In this document: piece by piece, positions 48,048 through 62,834 of the stretch | Numbering within the stretch: position 1 is the stretch's first letter | How the letters are laid out: each line of letters starts with the position of its first letter | Assembly (NCBI GenBank): GCA_001949185.1 | Contig: BDGG01000001.1 | Coordinates: 7,266,149-7,330,148 of the forward strand | Direction: 5' to 3' | Source: Ramazzottius varieornatus | Taxonomy: Eukaryota > Animalia > Tardigrada | DNA length: 64,000 nucleotides | Made by a program: the position numbers and the translations under genes | Notes under the pieces: model-generated | Database searches by the model: none | What the model saw: the letters and a program-made list of their open reading frames with translations, nothing else | What the model was told of the DNA's origin: nothing

Positions 48048-49194
48048 TATGGAGCGCAAAGTGTAAAATGCGACAACGGTTGTGATCAAAGTACCGAGGC
48101 CATTTGACAAGGAGGAAAACACTGGCAAATAAATGTTCACAAATGGTCTCATGAGGATCAACGCCATTTGTGGCTGATCCAAATGACGCCATTTGCCCTA
48201 CACGGAATGGCTCATTACGGTAAGACTAAAGTCTATCTAATCTTCTGTTCCGTCTTGACCACTGTCCAGCAGGAGCAACGAAAGATGATAAGGTTTTATG
48301 GGTAGTAAGGATATGATTGAAATGGTAATTATTGCCCAATGTCATGTGAGCTTTACTATCCGAAAAACCCGGCTGGCATCGATCTTCGCCAGAAAACTAC
48401 CATGCCACTGACCACTGAGGCTCGCCGGTTCAACTTCCGGTTCACGAGCTCTTCGACTGGCTGAACTGAGCCCGAAAAATTGATTCTGTGCTGGCATACC
48501 CAACGATGACCGGCCATGGTCATCACTGCATGCCGGTGGTCAATCCTGAAATATTTCTCGGTAAAATTCTCGCACGCAAAAGTTTTCCGGGCGTAAGCTT
48601 CGGGTCGCTCGGCAGAAGTGCCTCGGGGTTGTCGGATGGTTCCATCAGCAGGCTGGCCATCAATAATAATCATCGGTCAGGCTACCACAACATTATGGAG
48701 TATTTTAAGTTCGTCACCGCAGAATACAACAGAACTAAGACACGCCTGCGAACCGGAAGCGAGTCGAGAATCGTTACCGATGAGTCTTTGTGGTCATCAT
48801 GTAAATACAGTTGTTCTGTGGCGGACATTCCTTTTAAGAGTATGGAATATGAAGCATTACAGTATTGAACAACCCATATCACGATTACTTTGCGAAATTG
48901 TTTACAATTTCAATTATACCCCTAATTTCCTACTTGCCATAGAATTTATCATCTTGTCATTCCTCCTGCTGGATAGTGGTCAAGACGGAACAGAAGGTTA
49001 AATAGACTTTAGTCTTACCGTAATGAGTCATTTCGAGTAGGGCAAAATGACGTCATTTGTATCAGCTACAAATGGCGTTGATCCACATAAGACCATTTGT
49101 GAAAGTTTCTTTTCCAGTGTTTTAGTCCTTCTCATCAAATGGCGTCGGTACGTTGATCACAAGCGTTGTCGCATTTTACACTTTGCGCTCCATA
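48048..49194. mobile_element. TIR element with ~250-bp inverted repeats, possibly Merlin/IS1016-derived
   Basis: TATGGAGCGCAAAGTGTAAAATGCGACAAC is inverted at both ends. Flanks ACGGAGG(TA) / ATGGAGG(TA) are a near-duplication. The internal RIVTDESLWSSCKY resembles the Merlin VEIDES..KY motif; the superfamily call is weak. Confidence 0.8.
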
Positions 49195-50120
49195 ATGGAG
49201 GTAGGGAAGACACAAGTATCACGTAAGATTCTGCAAACCGAATGGATCGAAGCCGCGTTCAATGCTTTGCTTTGATAGGGGGTCCATTCGGCGCCTTTGA
49301 TCTTGTCTTACGGAATACCTGAGTGCTCCCGTATTTGCAGGATTTCACACCGCTTCAATCACATCTGCCGTTCATCACTAGACCATGTGGCGTTCGATCT
49401 CAAAAGCATCAACAAACCACGATGTGGGCTGGTATCTCCCGATGAATTACATAAGGCCCCAGAAGCTTGCAAACAGTACGTCAGCTGCCTCGAACGGCCT
49501 GGTTCAAAGCCGATCAAGAGTATTCTGGTTTACGGTAAGACAAATTCATAGCAAATTCAGGCCGAAGCGACTGTCCTTGCAGTTGGAAGACGCGAATCAA
49601 GCCGACAAGAATATTATTTTTGTCTCACATAACCGTCCTGGGTCCTTTTTGCCAGGTCGGAAAAACTTTTTTTCACGAATATGATTATTAAATTGTTTTC
49701 AGTATATGGGTTTTATACTGTAAAAACTTGTAATCGAACACCCCTAATTCGGAACAAGCTCCAGTACGGGGATGCCTCTCTCCACACTACACCTGTTATG
49801 GTCCTGAAAACAGTGGAAAGCGAAGAACGAATCGTGGTTATTGTGTGTTATTAACTTTGCTGAGCCGTTGTAGCAAAACGTAGCCACGTGACTCACGTCA
49901 GCGTACTGTAACACTACTATGCAAGTTTCGTGCATATCTCCAACTCTAACTAGTCAGAAATAGGCCGAAACCGGCCCAAACGGAATGCGACAAATGATGC
50001 GTGAGAAATGCAGCTGGAATGGAAGGATGAAAGGAAAGGATGAAAGGATGAAGGAAGATTTTCTAAAATTGCGGAGTTCCGCCACTGACAATGAGGAAAA
50101 ACCTCCGCCTCAACAAAGTA

Positions 50121-50814
50121 CAGTCACGCTCAATGGTCATCACCACCCCATGGTCCTCCTTCCGTTCCCTGTATCTTGTGATCCCGTTGTCCGATTCCGA
50201 TGATTGATACAGCATCATGTAGAGCACTCTTTGTACTTTTTGATCACGTGACCATAGTATTTTCGTATGGGTCCTACAGCCAACTTTACAGTATATTTTA
50301 TGGACATCATGTTCTCACTTCGATTAATTTGCTTTATTCTCGTTCGATTTCTGTGATTCCGACATAATTAGACATCTCGAAGACTGCAATTTGCAATGAG
50401 CATAGTTATATAAAAAAAGGCGACAAATCAGCTGGGAGAAAAAAAGTTTACTTAATTTCATTGGAAAAGTAGGCTGTAGAACCCATACGAAAACTGTTAT
50501 GAGGAAATTTTCCAAGACATCTCTTTTGATACGATCCATAGAGGGACGATTATGCTACATTCTGGCTGTTCTGGTTTTCCCCTTCGTCTGTCACGTGACG
50601 AGAAACAAGCCCCCAAAAACAGGCCTCATTTCCTTGTTCAGAGCACCCATACACGCCCCTTGATTGATTGAAGCAGCGATATCATGGTCACGTGATCGAA
50701 AAATAGAGTGCTCTACATGATGCTGTTTGAATCATCGGAATCGGACAATGGGATCACAAGATACAGGGAGCGGAAGGAGGACCCAGGGGCGGCGATGAGC
50801 GTTTAGCGTGGCTG
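50121..50814. mobile_element. Tc1/mariner-type MITE, copy 1
   Basis: TA|CAGTCACGCT...AGCGTGGCTG|TA with ~130-bp imperfect TIRs. Confidence 0.88.
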
Positions 50815-52966
50815 TATTATGGTTGCTACGATTTGGGGGAACAGTAACTGTCTTGTGGTTGCCGTAAAATTCAATTGCTCGCTTTTGGCGTAAATTGTGC
50901 TTCTAAGTTAACCTAGCTGAACTAGCGTAGAATCTGTCGGAGTCAACAGCTACGATAATTTTATACAGGAGTCAGGCGGACTACGAAAAACCGAAACCAC
51001 CGTTGATATGTCTGACTCATTTTAGCTCAAACATCAACTCAACTTGAGCTTTATATATATTAACTACCGTATTAACTGAAATCCAAATTCAGCACCGGGA
51101 AGAAAGTTTGCGAAAAATTTCAGTTTTCCGGCCGGCCGGGTGCTTCTGAAAGCTGATGTTATCGGAGACAGAAATAGTTTTTTCATTTGCTAGTAGTGGT
51201 TATCGACTGTTTACGTAAACTCGTACTTGGTGGCGCTGAGATGGTATCTTATGGACACATCCAGGTACCTCAAAATCCTAAGATAGTTTGTTGTAGGCTC
51301 TGGGCGGAAAGATTTTTATCGTCATCGTGAACACCTACGGCTTTTATCGGAGAACTTGGGCGCGTATTTTCCAAAGCTCATATTGTGGGCCAATTTCAGA
51401 ATCGATGCCGTTATAATTTCCTGCGAACTGCTAAATCTGAGACCCTACACGCAACTTCTATTGTACGACATCGAAGTGGCGGGTATCGACTGGAGTTCTG
51501 ATTCACTAGTTTTTCCATCACACCGACGGGAAACCCTGTATGATATTTTCATTACCGGCTTGGAAATGTTCCAATTTCCTACGGATCTAGTGTATACGGA
51601 AAGGAAAATAAGTGAGGGAGCACATATATCTGCTCTTTCAACTGTGAGTATTCAACTATGAGATACTGCATACTTGTCTGTGATTCAAAATTCGTCGTAC
51701 AGTGATTATCACCCATTCGACAAGTTTGCATTAGAAGTTCGCGACCGGATATACAGCCCGCCCAAGCCAACTTGCTGCCCCTCATTTTACCAGGGCTAGC
51801 TTTGACTCGATTAGTGTTCGAGTTCGAATCAATTTTCCCCGTTTTACCATTCTCTTGGCTGCCTCCTGAAAAATTATTGGCCAGAAATCTGTTTACAGAA
51901 CGGCATGATCGACATTAAACGCGGGGAGGTGCTAAGTGAAAAAGCGCACCAACTCTTGTCATTTTTGGGTCCGTTTTCGAATAATTTTTTCTTAGTTTTT
52001 CTTGGACATCTCGCGGTACAGTTATCAAAAACAATTAAATGCAACATTGAGCTAACGGAAAAGTGGCTGGAAGCGCAACCTGCCGTTCTGGCAAACATTT
52101 GGAAACTTTGCCGAACACGAGTTTTCGCGGCAAAACGGTCGGACTCAACGGTTTTAAATCGTTTGTGAAGTTCGTCTGGACTTTTTCTGATCCTTCACGC
52201 AGTGTAGTTTCAATATGAATTTTTTGATTTTAGTTGCACTTACGATTGACTGGAATACTTCGGGCCGCAGCAATTTCAATTATGTGGGATTCAATCCAAC
52301 TGAATTAGTAATTAGAAATATCGGAATCTAGATCGCGACAGCAATTGAGATTATTTCAATTGTGGTAGTTCATTTTTGTGGTTTTAATAGTCATACGACT
52401 GATACTTCAACACACCGTAAGCCTCTCGTTTCGTGCGCGTCGAATGCCCGTCAGATGTTTAGCACAAAGCATGGTACAGCCGGGGCACTGTATACGGATG
52501 TGCTGACGTCAACCCGATTGTTATGCTTCTGAAAGTCTCGCGCGTATGCCACGTACTCGCGAAACATCCCTTGGAGGGTTAGTAGGGAAAAATATTGGCA
52601 CCGGGGTCCAACTTCGCTTGTACGTTAAAGCACCGCGCGTGGTTCAGGATGCTACACAGTAAGCATCGTGTCGCTCGCCATGGTGCGACATGCACGTACG
52701 CACACACATTCGCCCAACCAAGCGCCAAACACGCGTAGAAACACCGGCACTTGATTCACCCACGTGCATTTTACCGTGCTGTTTTTCGCAAAATTTAATA
52801 ATTTAAATTGTCACTTTGTGTATTTCGATTACCAATTATAATTTTGTTCTACTTTCCGAATTCCACTACAATTCTGGTTAATATTCGAATTGTCTAGCCT
52901 GATATTCTCAATTTCAATTGCCATATTGAAATTCTAAACCAGTCGTTCTCGGCCATTTTCAATCGG

Positions 52967-53688
52967 TCGAGGCTACGTGCACGAACTTTACGAATTTTTC
53001 TCCGTGCACGACCTTGGGCACGAACCGTTGTCCGGTGCACGAACTTTCGTACGACATTTACTCCGTGCGCGACTTGGATACGGCATTGGATTTCTACAAG
53101 CAATGACGACGCTATGTCGGTTTCAGAAAGCAAAATCCTGCCATTCAGATTTTATTCGTATCACTGGAGAAAGGTATGGAGTACGAGTTTGTGGAGATGT
53201 TCCACCATTGTTTCGTGCTTCGGGTTCTGCGCTAAATTGCCCCCTCTTACTGCAAGGCTGATGAATGCCACCGCTCTGATGTTTTAAACACTGCGTTCTC
53301 AGGTACTCCAACTTCTACGGATGTTGCTTCTTTTTGCCGGGTGTATTCCGAGGAGCAGGTGGAAATGACCCTGGTATACGTATCCTTTCTCTTTCCAGAC
53401 AATACTGAAAGTGCACTGCTTGTTTCTACTCTCCATAAGAAGCAAAAGTGTGACCCTTTTTTTGTGTTCAGAGAGATAGACTGACGAGGCAAACAGCTTC
53501 TCGGAAATCTACATCAGGAAGTTCGTGTTTAGCATTCATAGTCTTTGTTTAAAACTGTAGCAGCAACCGGACCAAGCGATTCGTGTCCGGAGACAAAGTT
53601 CGTGTCAGAGTTCGTGCACGGAGTGAGTGATCGTGTGATAGTTCGTGCACGCAGAAAGGTTCGGGAAAGTTCGTGCACCGAGTCACTA
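52967..53688. mobile_element. Degenerate hAT-like MITE
   Basis: Right end GTTCGTGCACCGAGTCACTA with a degenerate inverted left end; clusters of GTGCACGAAC / GTTCGTGCAC subterminal repeats. No TSD found. Confidence 0.65.
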
Positions 53689-54036
53689 CGTCTTCAATCA
53701 TCAGTTGTAATGATCGAAACGACACCGTTTCACGATTCGGCTACTAAGATAGTTATATATTTGTTTACATCAATTTCAGGACAGAAACTCAAGCGTGGAA
53801 TTACGTAAACCGCGTCTGCCCACTTGGCGGTATGTTTTCCTACCGGAAGTCATACTAGTTAAGTTTTTCACGCAGCTTTCCACCACACCTAAACGAATCA
53901 TAGCTCAGTCGAAGCAGCTTGAAAAGTTAAAAAGTTGTATGGAGAAAGTAAAAGCACGCACGGGAAGGTAGCAGTCTGAATTCTTCTACGTTGAAATCCT
54001 TGGTGGTCGCAAGTTGGCTTGGGCAGGGTGTATATA

Positions 54037-54734
54037 CAATCACGCTCAATGGTCATCACCACCCCATGGTCCTCCTTCCGTTCCCTGTATCTTGTGATCC
54101 CGTTGTCCGATTCCGATGATTGATACAGCATCATGTAGAGCACTCTTTGTACTTTTTGATCACGTGACCATAGTATTTTCGTATGGGTCCTACAGCCAAC
54201 TTTACAGTATATTTTATGGACATCATGTTCTCACTTCGATTAATTTGCTTTATTCTCGTTCGATTTCTGTGATTCCGACATAATTAGACATCTCGAAGAC
54301 TGCAATTTGCAATGAGCATAGTTATATAAAAAAAAGGCGACAAATCAGCTGGGAGAAAAAAAGTTTACTTAATTTCATTGGAAAAGTAGGCTGTAGAACC
54401 CATACGAAAACTGTTATGAGGAAATTTTCCAAGACATCTCTTTTGATACGATCCATAGAGGGACGATTATGCTACATTCTGGCTGTTCTGGTTTTCCCCT
54501 TCGTCTGTCACGTGACGAGAAACAAGCCCCCAAAAACAGGCCTCATTTCCTTGTTCAGAGCACCCATACACGCCCCTTGATTGATTGAAGCAGCGATATC
54601 ATGGTCACGTGATCGAAAAATAGAAAGAGTGCTCTACATGATGCTGTTTGAATCATCGGAATCGGACGATGGGATGACAGAATACAGGGAACAGAAGGAG
54701 GACCATGGGGCGGCGATGGACATTAGGGGAAATG
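54037..54734. mobile_element. Tc1/mariner-type MITE, copy 2 (direct orientation to copy 1)
   Basis: Nearly identical to 50121-50705; the right TIR is more diverged. Confidence 0.88.
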
Positions 54735-57700
54735 CAAAGTATACGAAGGAACCCAAGAAACGACCCGCTGCACGAAACGAATCTATTGATGAATGTTTAA
54801 AATTCAAAAGATAGTGAATTCAGCTGTGGCTCACGAAACGGAGGGGGTTTGCTTCGTTTGCCACGAGAGAAATTGTCAGTCAGTTTGAGTAGAACACTAA
54901 TACCCTCGAGTAATCCTTCAGCTGGCAGACACCGTAGAGAAACGTACAGTAATTCTTGTCCGGCTAGCGCAGTCGCCGCAGTGCTTCCGTTCCGCACAAT
55001 CAGACAATCAGAATATATGTTGGCCAGCTCTTCTTTAACTTGGTGGGATAATTACTGCCAGGCAGTTCACCATGGCGAACTTGAATTTCTTTCGTCCGTC
55101 GTTTCGCGCAGAGTGGCGCAAGCTTTGCAACTCCTGCAAGATTTTTACAAAAGCTTTTAGAAACAATATTTTCAAAATCCATTAGTGCTCGTTTATAAAT
55201 TCTTCTGCTAGCTTTGCAATTCCCCTATCGAGCGTGATTAGTTCTAGTTTACCAAGTTTAACCAGAAACTGCAGATGAAGAAAGACTCGGATCGCATATC
55301 GTTAGTTGTGGCTTCAGGAATTGCTTCGGCTGGGCCACAAGTACGCCAGACCAATGAATGACGCGGAACTCTACTACCTGAGTTCTGCAATGAGCTTTCA
55401 TTTCATCGATGTGAAACCCGATCTTGAATGGCCTGTTCTCAGCGTTGGGGTGAAGAACCTAATCAGTTTGTGAGTACTGCGTTCTCTCTTTTCGTCTGAT
55501 TCGCAGATATCCAAACCCATTACTGTTACTGAGCGGTGGATCCCTGGATTATGGGGGGCCCCAACGGCAAAAACGAGGTTGGTAGTCTTCGTGCTTGTTT
55601 AGAGCCTGCTTATTTTCAGAGTGGGGAATTTTATCAATGCTACATCGATAAAGCTTGCCAGTCTCCAAATAAACATGCTCAAAACACGGTCGCAGGGAGG
55701 CTGCCATACGGAATTTCCCTAGTCCATGATAGCAAGTAATCAACTAGTCCAGAAAAATGCAGGCTCAGAAACAGGCACGATAAGCAGTTCTTTAATTTTA
55801 ACCAAATGACTAAACTACAGGTCGACACTGTTCGCAACAATATATTACACACGTGTAATATCATATAATATTACACAGGTGACTTGCAGGTGCGGCTTGC
55901 GCGTCGCAGGACAGTGCGCATATGCATGACTTGAATACTTATGTGCATAAAATGCCTTCAGGGCCTTCAGACGTGCACAAGTAAGTCATACACTTGTATA
56001 ATATCGCATACAGGCTCGACATGTGGGTGTCGGTCGCTCAGTTTACGGGATAACGATCGCCGACCAAATTATTCAGGAATTGAGCTTTACGTTTCGAGAC
56101 CCCAAGGGCAAAGATGATCGGCTGATGCAGTCTGATGCATCAGACATCGAGGAACAAGAACCTGAAGTCCGTTTAAGGATTTGACCACCGGGCAGAGAGA
56201 TGTGCCCGATTTGGTCCGGAGTGATAACGACGTGTCCTCATAGCAAAGCTAATGACAGTTGATCGCCAGTGATGGTCGTCTGAGCCGACTTTTATTGAGT
56301 GTTAATAATTAGATATACTGTCCTCACTGCGAAAAGTAGAATAACGTGAATTATATTCGCATGCGGATATTCACGCTCTGTTTTTGAGTCCTGAAAAATT
56401 GCAGAAGACTAGTCAGGGGTGAACTTGAGTTCAAATGCCCCTGCAATTTTTCGGAAAATTTTACCAGAAGGGCGACCAGTTTTATGGGACATCTGTCCGT
56501 GGCGAAGCGTGGCGGCTTCGCTACTCAAAGCCCTTGTACAGTCCAAAGAACTTCATGTCAAAAAAGGGTCCTTCGGAGTCAAAACAGTTGTCCCGTAAAT
56601 CGGGCGACCACGACTCATGTGGTTTGTGATTTGGTCAAAACTACAGAACTGTTTATCGTGCCTGTTTGAAGCCTGCATTTTTATTCTACTAGACTAGTAG
56701 ATTTCACTAGTCATGGAGTAGGGAAATCCGCATGGGAACCTTATTAACAATTTGAGCACGGGGCGGGAAACTCACCTTCCCGGCGCACACTGGTCTCTGC
56801 GTGCGAGATTCCAGCTTGAATTTTGCTACCAGTTTTTTACGTTTGCTTGAAGAATCGCGTTCTATTGAAACGGCAACTAACGGCCACTGGACATTGGCTA
56901 TGGAAAACCGTCTGGAATTTTCTCCGTTTTCGATGAAATCCCATCGTAGCCAGCAAATTTTCGGTCGGCCAGGCTCCCGGCGGGCTCAAAATCTCTAAAA
57001 CGTTGTCGCGTTAGTTCAAACATTTTAGCATCTTAATAAAATCTTAGGTTTGAAAAAGATCTGCCATTGGTGAACAAGAAATTATGAAGGTTGACCGTTT
57101 TGAGCTGCTACCCTCTTGCCAAATCCGCCAAATGTTGGAATTCTTAAAGGAAGTCTTCCGTGAAAAGAAGTCTTCCGTGAAAGATCTTCGTCCACAAACG
57201 GATTTCTTACCGTTTTTCGGAAATTCTGCTGGTACTTTTATTGAGTCAGCATCTGGACTTCTAGAACAGAGAAGGACGATCTTCTCAAGACGGCAAATCC
57301 GAAAGAAAAGATTCTGACAAAAATTGGAGTTTTTTCATAGAGCAAAATTCACGAAAAAACACAGCGTGAGTCGTGTCGAATCAGATTCAGACAGATTAGG
57401 CTCGAAACTATGAGAATACTTAGTTCAAACGAACAACGACTCGATGCAAGAAGGGACTTCCCGCTGATATTAGGATGGTTCAGCTCCGACGTTGCCGTTG
57501 GATCGTATTCCTGCACTCCAACCCGCCTTAGCATCCGCACGGTACAATGCAGCAGTCGACCACCCGGCAGAAAAAGAAATGAATCAGACATTTTGCCAGC
57601 TTCCGGATAAGACTGCCATTTTATCACTAGCACAAAATACCTGCCGGCAAATCAAGAGGGGAAGTCCCACGCTCCTTCTATCTTTCGATGAGTCCTCATA

Positions 57701-60700
57701 CTGCAAAAAGCAAGATCTGTTAGCTGGTACAGTCGACTAAGTGCAAAGGGCCCACAGCCATGCTCTCTGATGTTAGCCCTAGCCCGTGCTCGTTTCGGCG
57801 CGGCCGTACAGTCGACAACGAAGGCCCGAGCAGTGCTCAGACCAACACAAGCCTGCCCGCACACTACGCCACCAACGAGGCCTTGCGAACGGCACGGCAC
57901 GTGTCCGGACAGTCGGTTTCGAACAATCAGCAATCAAGGAGAACCAGCAAGTTTCACCCCAAGCAATGAGAAAACGACTGGCACCTCTTACGTTCTCCCC
58001 TCCCAAAATTATTCTCCACTTCCGACTCGGGCAAAAGCAATAAGTTTTCCTCCATCGGTTTTCCGAGTTGAGATCCGCTCCTGAAGCTTTCTCGTTTGGG
58101 CTCAATCTCACTCTGCGATCTGAAAGAGAAACACCGTCTAGATCACACCGCGCACATTTGTGTGATAAAACCAGCTACAGTGCGCCGCTCCATCCAGATC
58201 ATGATTAGCAGGTAGGATTTTACCGAGTCGGTCTTACCTGGTTTTGTCTGACTTTGAAGGGAATAAAAGTTTCACAGGACGAGGGAGGGAAGTCCCACGA
58301 CGCGAATGAGCCTAAAAGTAGACAGAACCAGCCCCATGGGATAGTATGCAGGCCAAAGCTTAGAAAACTTGAATAATCAATCTTAATCTTAGAAAACTTG
58401 GCGTTTGGTCCGGCCGATAACGGACGGTTGTCTCTACTGGTCAGACAATATCGGACACTCGTTGATCTCATCTGCTTAGTTTTACCATTGAGTCTTTTTC
58501 TACAAACGGGAAAACAGCTGCCGCCACTCTTGAACACACTGAGCGTAATTTGACGACTAAGTTCTCGCTCGGTACCTTCTTAGTATCACAACAAACGATT
58601 TTTTCAGTAGCTCCAGAAGCGATTAGACCTGATGGCTTATGGGTCGTGTCGTACACATTCGCGCGGCCGAGCAATTTGAGCTTAATTTAAGGCTTAAGAC
58701 TGCGCTGGGAAAGAAAGTTTATAACGATTTTCACCAACGAAAACAGATCGGTCAAACCTACTCAGGAAAATGTCGTGAACAATACTTGTGCTTACATGGC
58801 CCCCAAATTCCCCACAGGAAGCGAGATCCAAAGATCACGTGACCGGAAACCCGAACCCATGACGAAAATTCACTAACCCGTGGATAAACTGGCCCACAAT
58901 GTAAGTTTTTACCCTGAATCTAACGGGCAGCGGTCCTGACCCACCCGAGCCACAGGTCACGTGACAGAAACGCCAAATCTGGAAACATGAATTCTAGACC
59001 CCGGTCCCGACACCCAGCCTCCCAGAGGTGTCCTCGCTCGAGGTTATGAGCGACCGAGCAACGGAGGCTCGAAGCGCCGGAGTACGAGCTGGCAGAAGTT
59101 CGGGGGGCAGCCCCTTGATGTCGTCAGCGCAGCTGCGCAAGCAGTTTGTTGCGAGGGTGGAGAGTATGTGTACTCACGGTGGGCGCTCGAGGTTATGAGC
59201 CAGCGAGCGAGGAGGCGCGATGCGCCGAGTGCTAGCCAGCAGGCTCGCATTCCGGCGGTTCTCAGGCTATTGTTCCTTCGACTGTAGCAACGCTGTGGGT
59301 GGGCGCCGAACCACTGCGCTGATGATTCATCACCCTCCACCGTCCCGATTTCATTCGTATGCGGTTTTTGGTTCTGAATGCGATGGTGCGGAGGTATAGG
59401 CCTTACATGGGGTTACATTTTTTCTAATGGTTTGTTAAATCGGTTGATACGGACGACCTAGCGGGCTCCATGATCATGACTTGACGTCAGATGGCGTTTG
59501 TGTCAGCCGGCTTCGACGTGCTTCATCACTATTGCATAGCCACTACACTGTCAAGACCGAAAGTCAGTCAAAAGCCAATCATGCTCAAAGATAAGATGAT
59601 ACCATTCGTCCTTGACTGGCTCCCACTTTTCACAGTGCAGTGGCTAAGCGACAGTGCTGAACGCCTGAGCAGGATGACGCAAATGCCGTCTTACATCAAG
59701 TCATGATAATGGAGCCAGCTAAGCCGCTGGATACGGAGGAAGCAGTTCCCTGGTCTCGAGTTAGCCTCTTGATTAAGCCTGGAGTTGCCCTAGCTTGCTG
59801 TGGTAAACCTTCCCTCGAGCATCGAGAAAGGAAACGTACTGGATATATAGTAGCCAATCGACGGTACAAAGCCAATCGAACTCCTTTTTCTGACGTCATT
59901 CGCAGGGCCAGACGCCATTTTACCATCACGTTGCATGCAGCATAATTCCGTGGTCTGCTTTAACTTATGCTATCGTACAGCTCGTACGGTATCTGCCCTT
60001 GCATTCTTCTGCCGAGGGTGACTGGATATCTGATTTTTCCTGCTGCTTCTTGACGTTTTACCGAAACTTGATTTAGACATAAATGAAAATTCAGGCAAAA
60101 TCCGAATCCGGAATCTAGATCTAGAATCGAGATCCAGAGATCCACACGCCAGTTCAGGCCCAAGTTTTAACTGAGTTTAAACTTTTAGCGAATGCCGTGT
60201 CGCTGGTGTGACAGTTGGTGAACAAATTCTGTTTTCTCATTTAAGTCGAGAGCCGCAACTTGCCGATACTTTCGTCAACGATCATCTGCTGCCATTGTCA
60301 ACTCAAGAACTTAACCTCCTCCAGCCCCTCACTTTGCGAATATTGGAATCCATGATGCTTTACATGAACTGACGAGGGGATTTTGCCAATGCTTCAGTCT
60401 TGTCTTACAAACTGAAACGGCAAAAAGATAGAAGGGCAAAAAGATCAGCGCGTCCGTATTCAGTTTCTCCAGTACGACGTGATTCCTCTTAAACATCTGC
60501 CGGGCATTCTGCGCGCAGGCAACGAGAGACTTGATCTGTTTAAACACAATTATATGAATATCCGAATCTCAAGAATGAACCACAACAATTGAATGACTAC
60601 AGTTGCTGTCGCGAGCTGAATTTCGGCTTAATCTGTGATAACACATGCTCTGAGCTATCTTTTAACCGCAGATTCTTTTTGGGAAAGGAGAAGTCTTCGA

Positions 60701-62834
60701 CCAAAACTCAACGTCGACCGCGGAGAGGGATCGACCACAGGCTCGAAACGAGATTCATCCGTACCCATCCTCACAAAAAAATCGTTTCCCATCCGAGACT
60801 TGTTTTGTGGTCTCCAAAACATTTTTCTCTTCGAGTACGATGTTTCTCCTTTCAGAAATCTCAGTTGCAGGTACGCTCACGATTTCTACGCCGAAACCTA
60901 ATTTTTGAAATAATCGTGGTTTCCCGGTAAACTCGAAAATTCTGGACAAAACGTTCGGTGGCCTTTCGAGAGAGACTATTCTCTATCGGATATCCTAAAC
61001 TCTTCCTCATCATTTGCGGCCAATTTTGGTCTCTGGCGATCGACTGTGGAGATCTGTAGAAAATTTTTCGTTCATGGTTAGGAACTCTCGTTACCGTCAA
61101 CAGCTCAAATCGAGTTTACGAATAATGCAGCGAGAAAGACGTGCTCACTGTCAGGAACCCGAATTTTTTTCAAAAGTTGAACAAGCTTGACGGGACCGCA
61201 ATGTATACTATACAAGCTGTTCGCTTCGCCTTCGGCTCGCTCGCACCTTGTCGATGAAGTACAAAAATGAACATGTGTAGTTCCGAAAGTTCTTTGTTGG
61301 TTATGGGGAAAGGATAGGTTCATCAATTTCGACATGTGTTAGTTCATAGGTATATGGGTTTCGGCATCCTGGCTTCCGGGACATTATTTTGTTCCCAAAA
61401 GACCCTTTTCCGGATGAAGTCTGAGGGATTATCAAGGGAGAGGTAGTGGTAAGTTTGCCACAACTCGCAGTGGTTCGAAGTCACGAAAAATTGTATGCCC
61501 TTCTCGGAAGCTTTTTAGGAATTCTTGAGGGTGATTCTGCTCATATCGACCCCTCTCCGTCTATAGCTTCGTTTCTGCGTCTCTTCGTGCTATTCTACTT
61601 CTGTAGTAAGAGCAGAGTATTTACTGTGAAGACCCAACAGAAGATGGCTGAAAAATATCGTTAACTCTTCGTTAGTCACCCTTATCTTTCATGATGCGAT
61701 ACCTTCAAGAAGCTCCTCACAAAAGCGGACACATGTCCTGCGCCACTGGTGAGGAACCATATCTGTCAGGTCCATGTCACCTCACCGGCAGTTATAGTAC
61801 AAAAAGCCTGACAGTTGCCAAAACTTCAAAACTGTTCCTTGATAAATATATAGTGTGATTAGTTAATGTTCCAGAAATTTGGCTGCCGAAATCTTTATGT
61901 CGTAAATGCCGAGTTAGGGAAGCGGCGAAGCTATATGCAAAGTATAGTCAACAGAGAGGTTGATATGGAACTCGAGCAGCGTAAGAGATCTGAATAGCGA
62001 AAGACCTTGACCCCGCCTGCTCCTTACTCTACTAGGCAAAGTTGAGACTCGCTACTCGGTGCGCTCGATTAGCGTAACTTTTCCACGGAGTTTTTGCTAA
62101 CATCTGCTCCTACGTGAGTTTTGAGCGAATCACTGGATTACACAGAATTGTGATCTAAGTGTAGAAAAACGGGAGTTAAAGTTCAATCCTAGTAAGCAAA
62201 CCAAAAACGAGATGGACGAGACGACCAAAAAGGCTACAGTTAAAGGCCGAGTCAAATCAAATGACTTGCTAATGCTACCTCTCACCATGATCTTGCTAAA
62301 TTTTCAGTTAAAGTACACGTAGTAGTTCTGTTCAGCGTTTATAAGCCGCAGTCACGCCCACAGTCGCACCCAGAGTTACACTACGGATTTCGGTTTCTTT
62401 AGGTTGGCAAGCCACAGTTACAGTAGGTATGCAGTTACTGTAACAGTTGGCAATATTTCGAATGCGAAGTCAGCCGCCGAAAGGCGCAGTTAGAACTGTA
62501 GTTTCTGTTCGTGCGACACCCTAAGCGAGAAAGATACTGGAGGGTGTCGAAATGTCTAGGAAACTGGAAACTAGTTCTGAGGCAGGACATTTTCGGTTTT
62601 CTCTACGTAGGCAGTGCTTCCATAGTAGATCGCAGCACATCGTATTCACAGTGGACAAAGAAGGAACATGGTTCGTTGCATCGCAAAGTTCTCTGAAGGA
62701 ATACTGCAGCTATCCAAAACCGTAAATCAACATCTGGTACAGTTAGTTAAAATGGCAGACATACATGAAAAGCACTTTCATGAGGAATCGTAACTCGAAG
62801 GCAAAACTATCACAATTAATGGAGGCGACAGGCT

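Noticed and set aside
55274-55740. Possible small spliced gene with several GT-AG-like boundaries
   Set aside because: No consistent open reading frame or recognisable product could be assembled.
57652-58111. Overlapping ORFs on both strands
   Set aside because: GC-rich sequence with few stop codons and no motif support.
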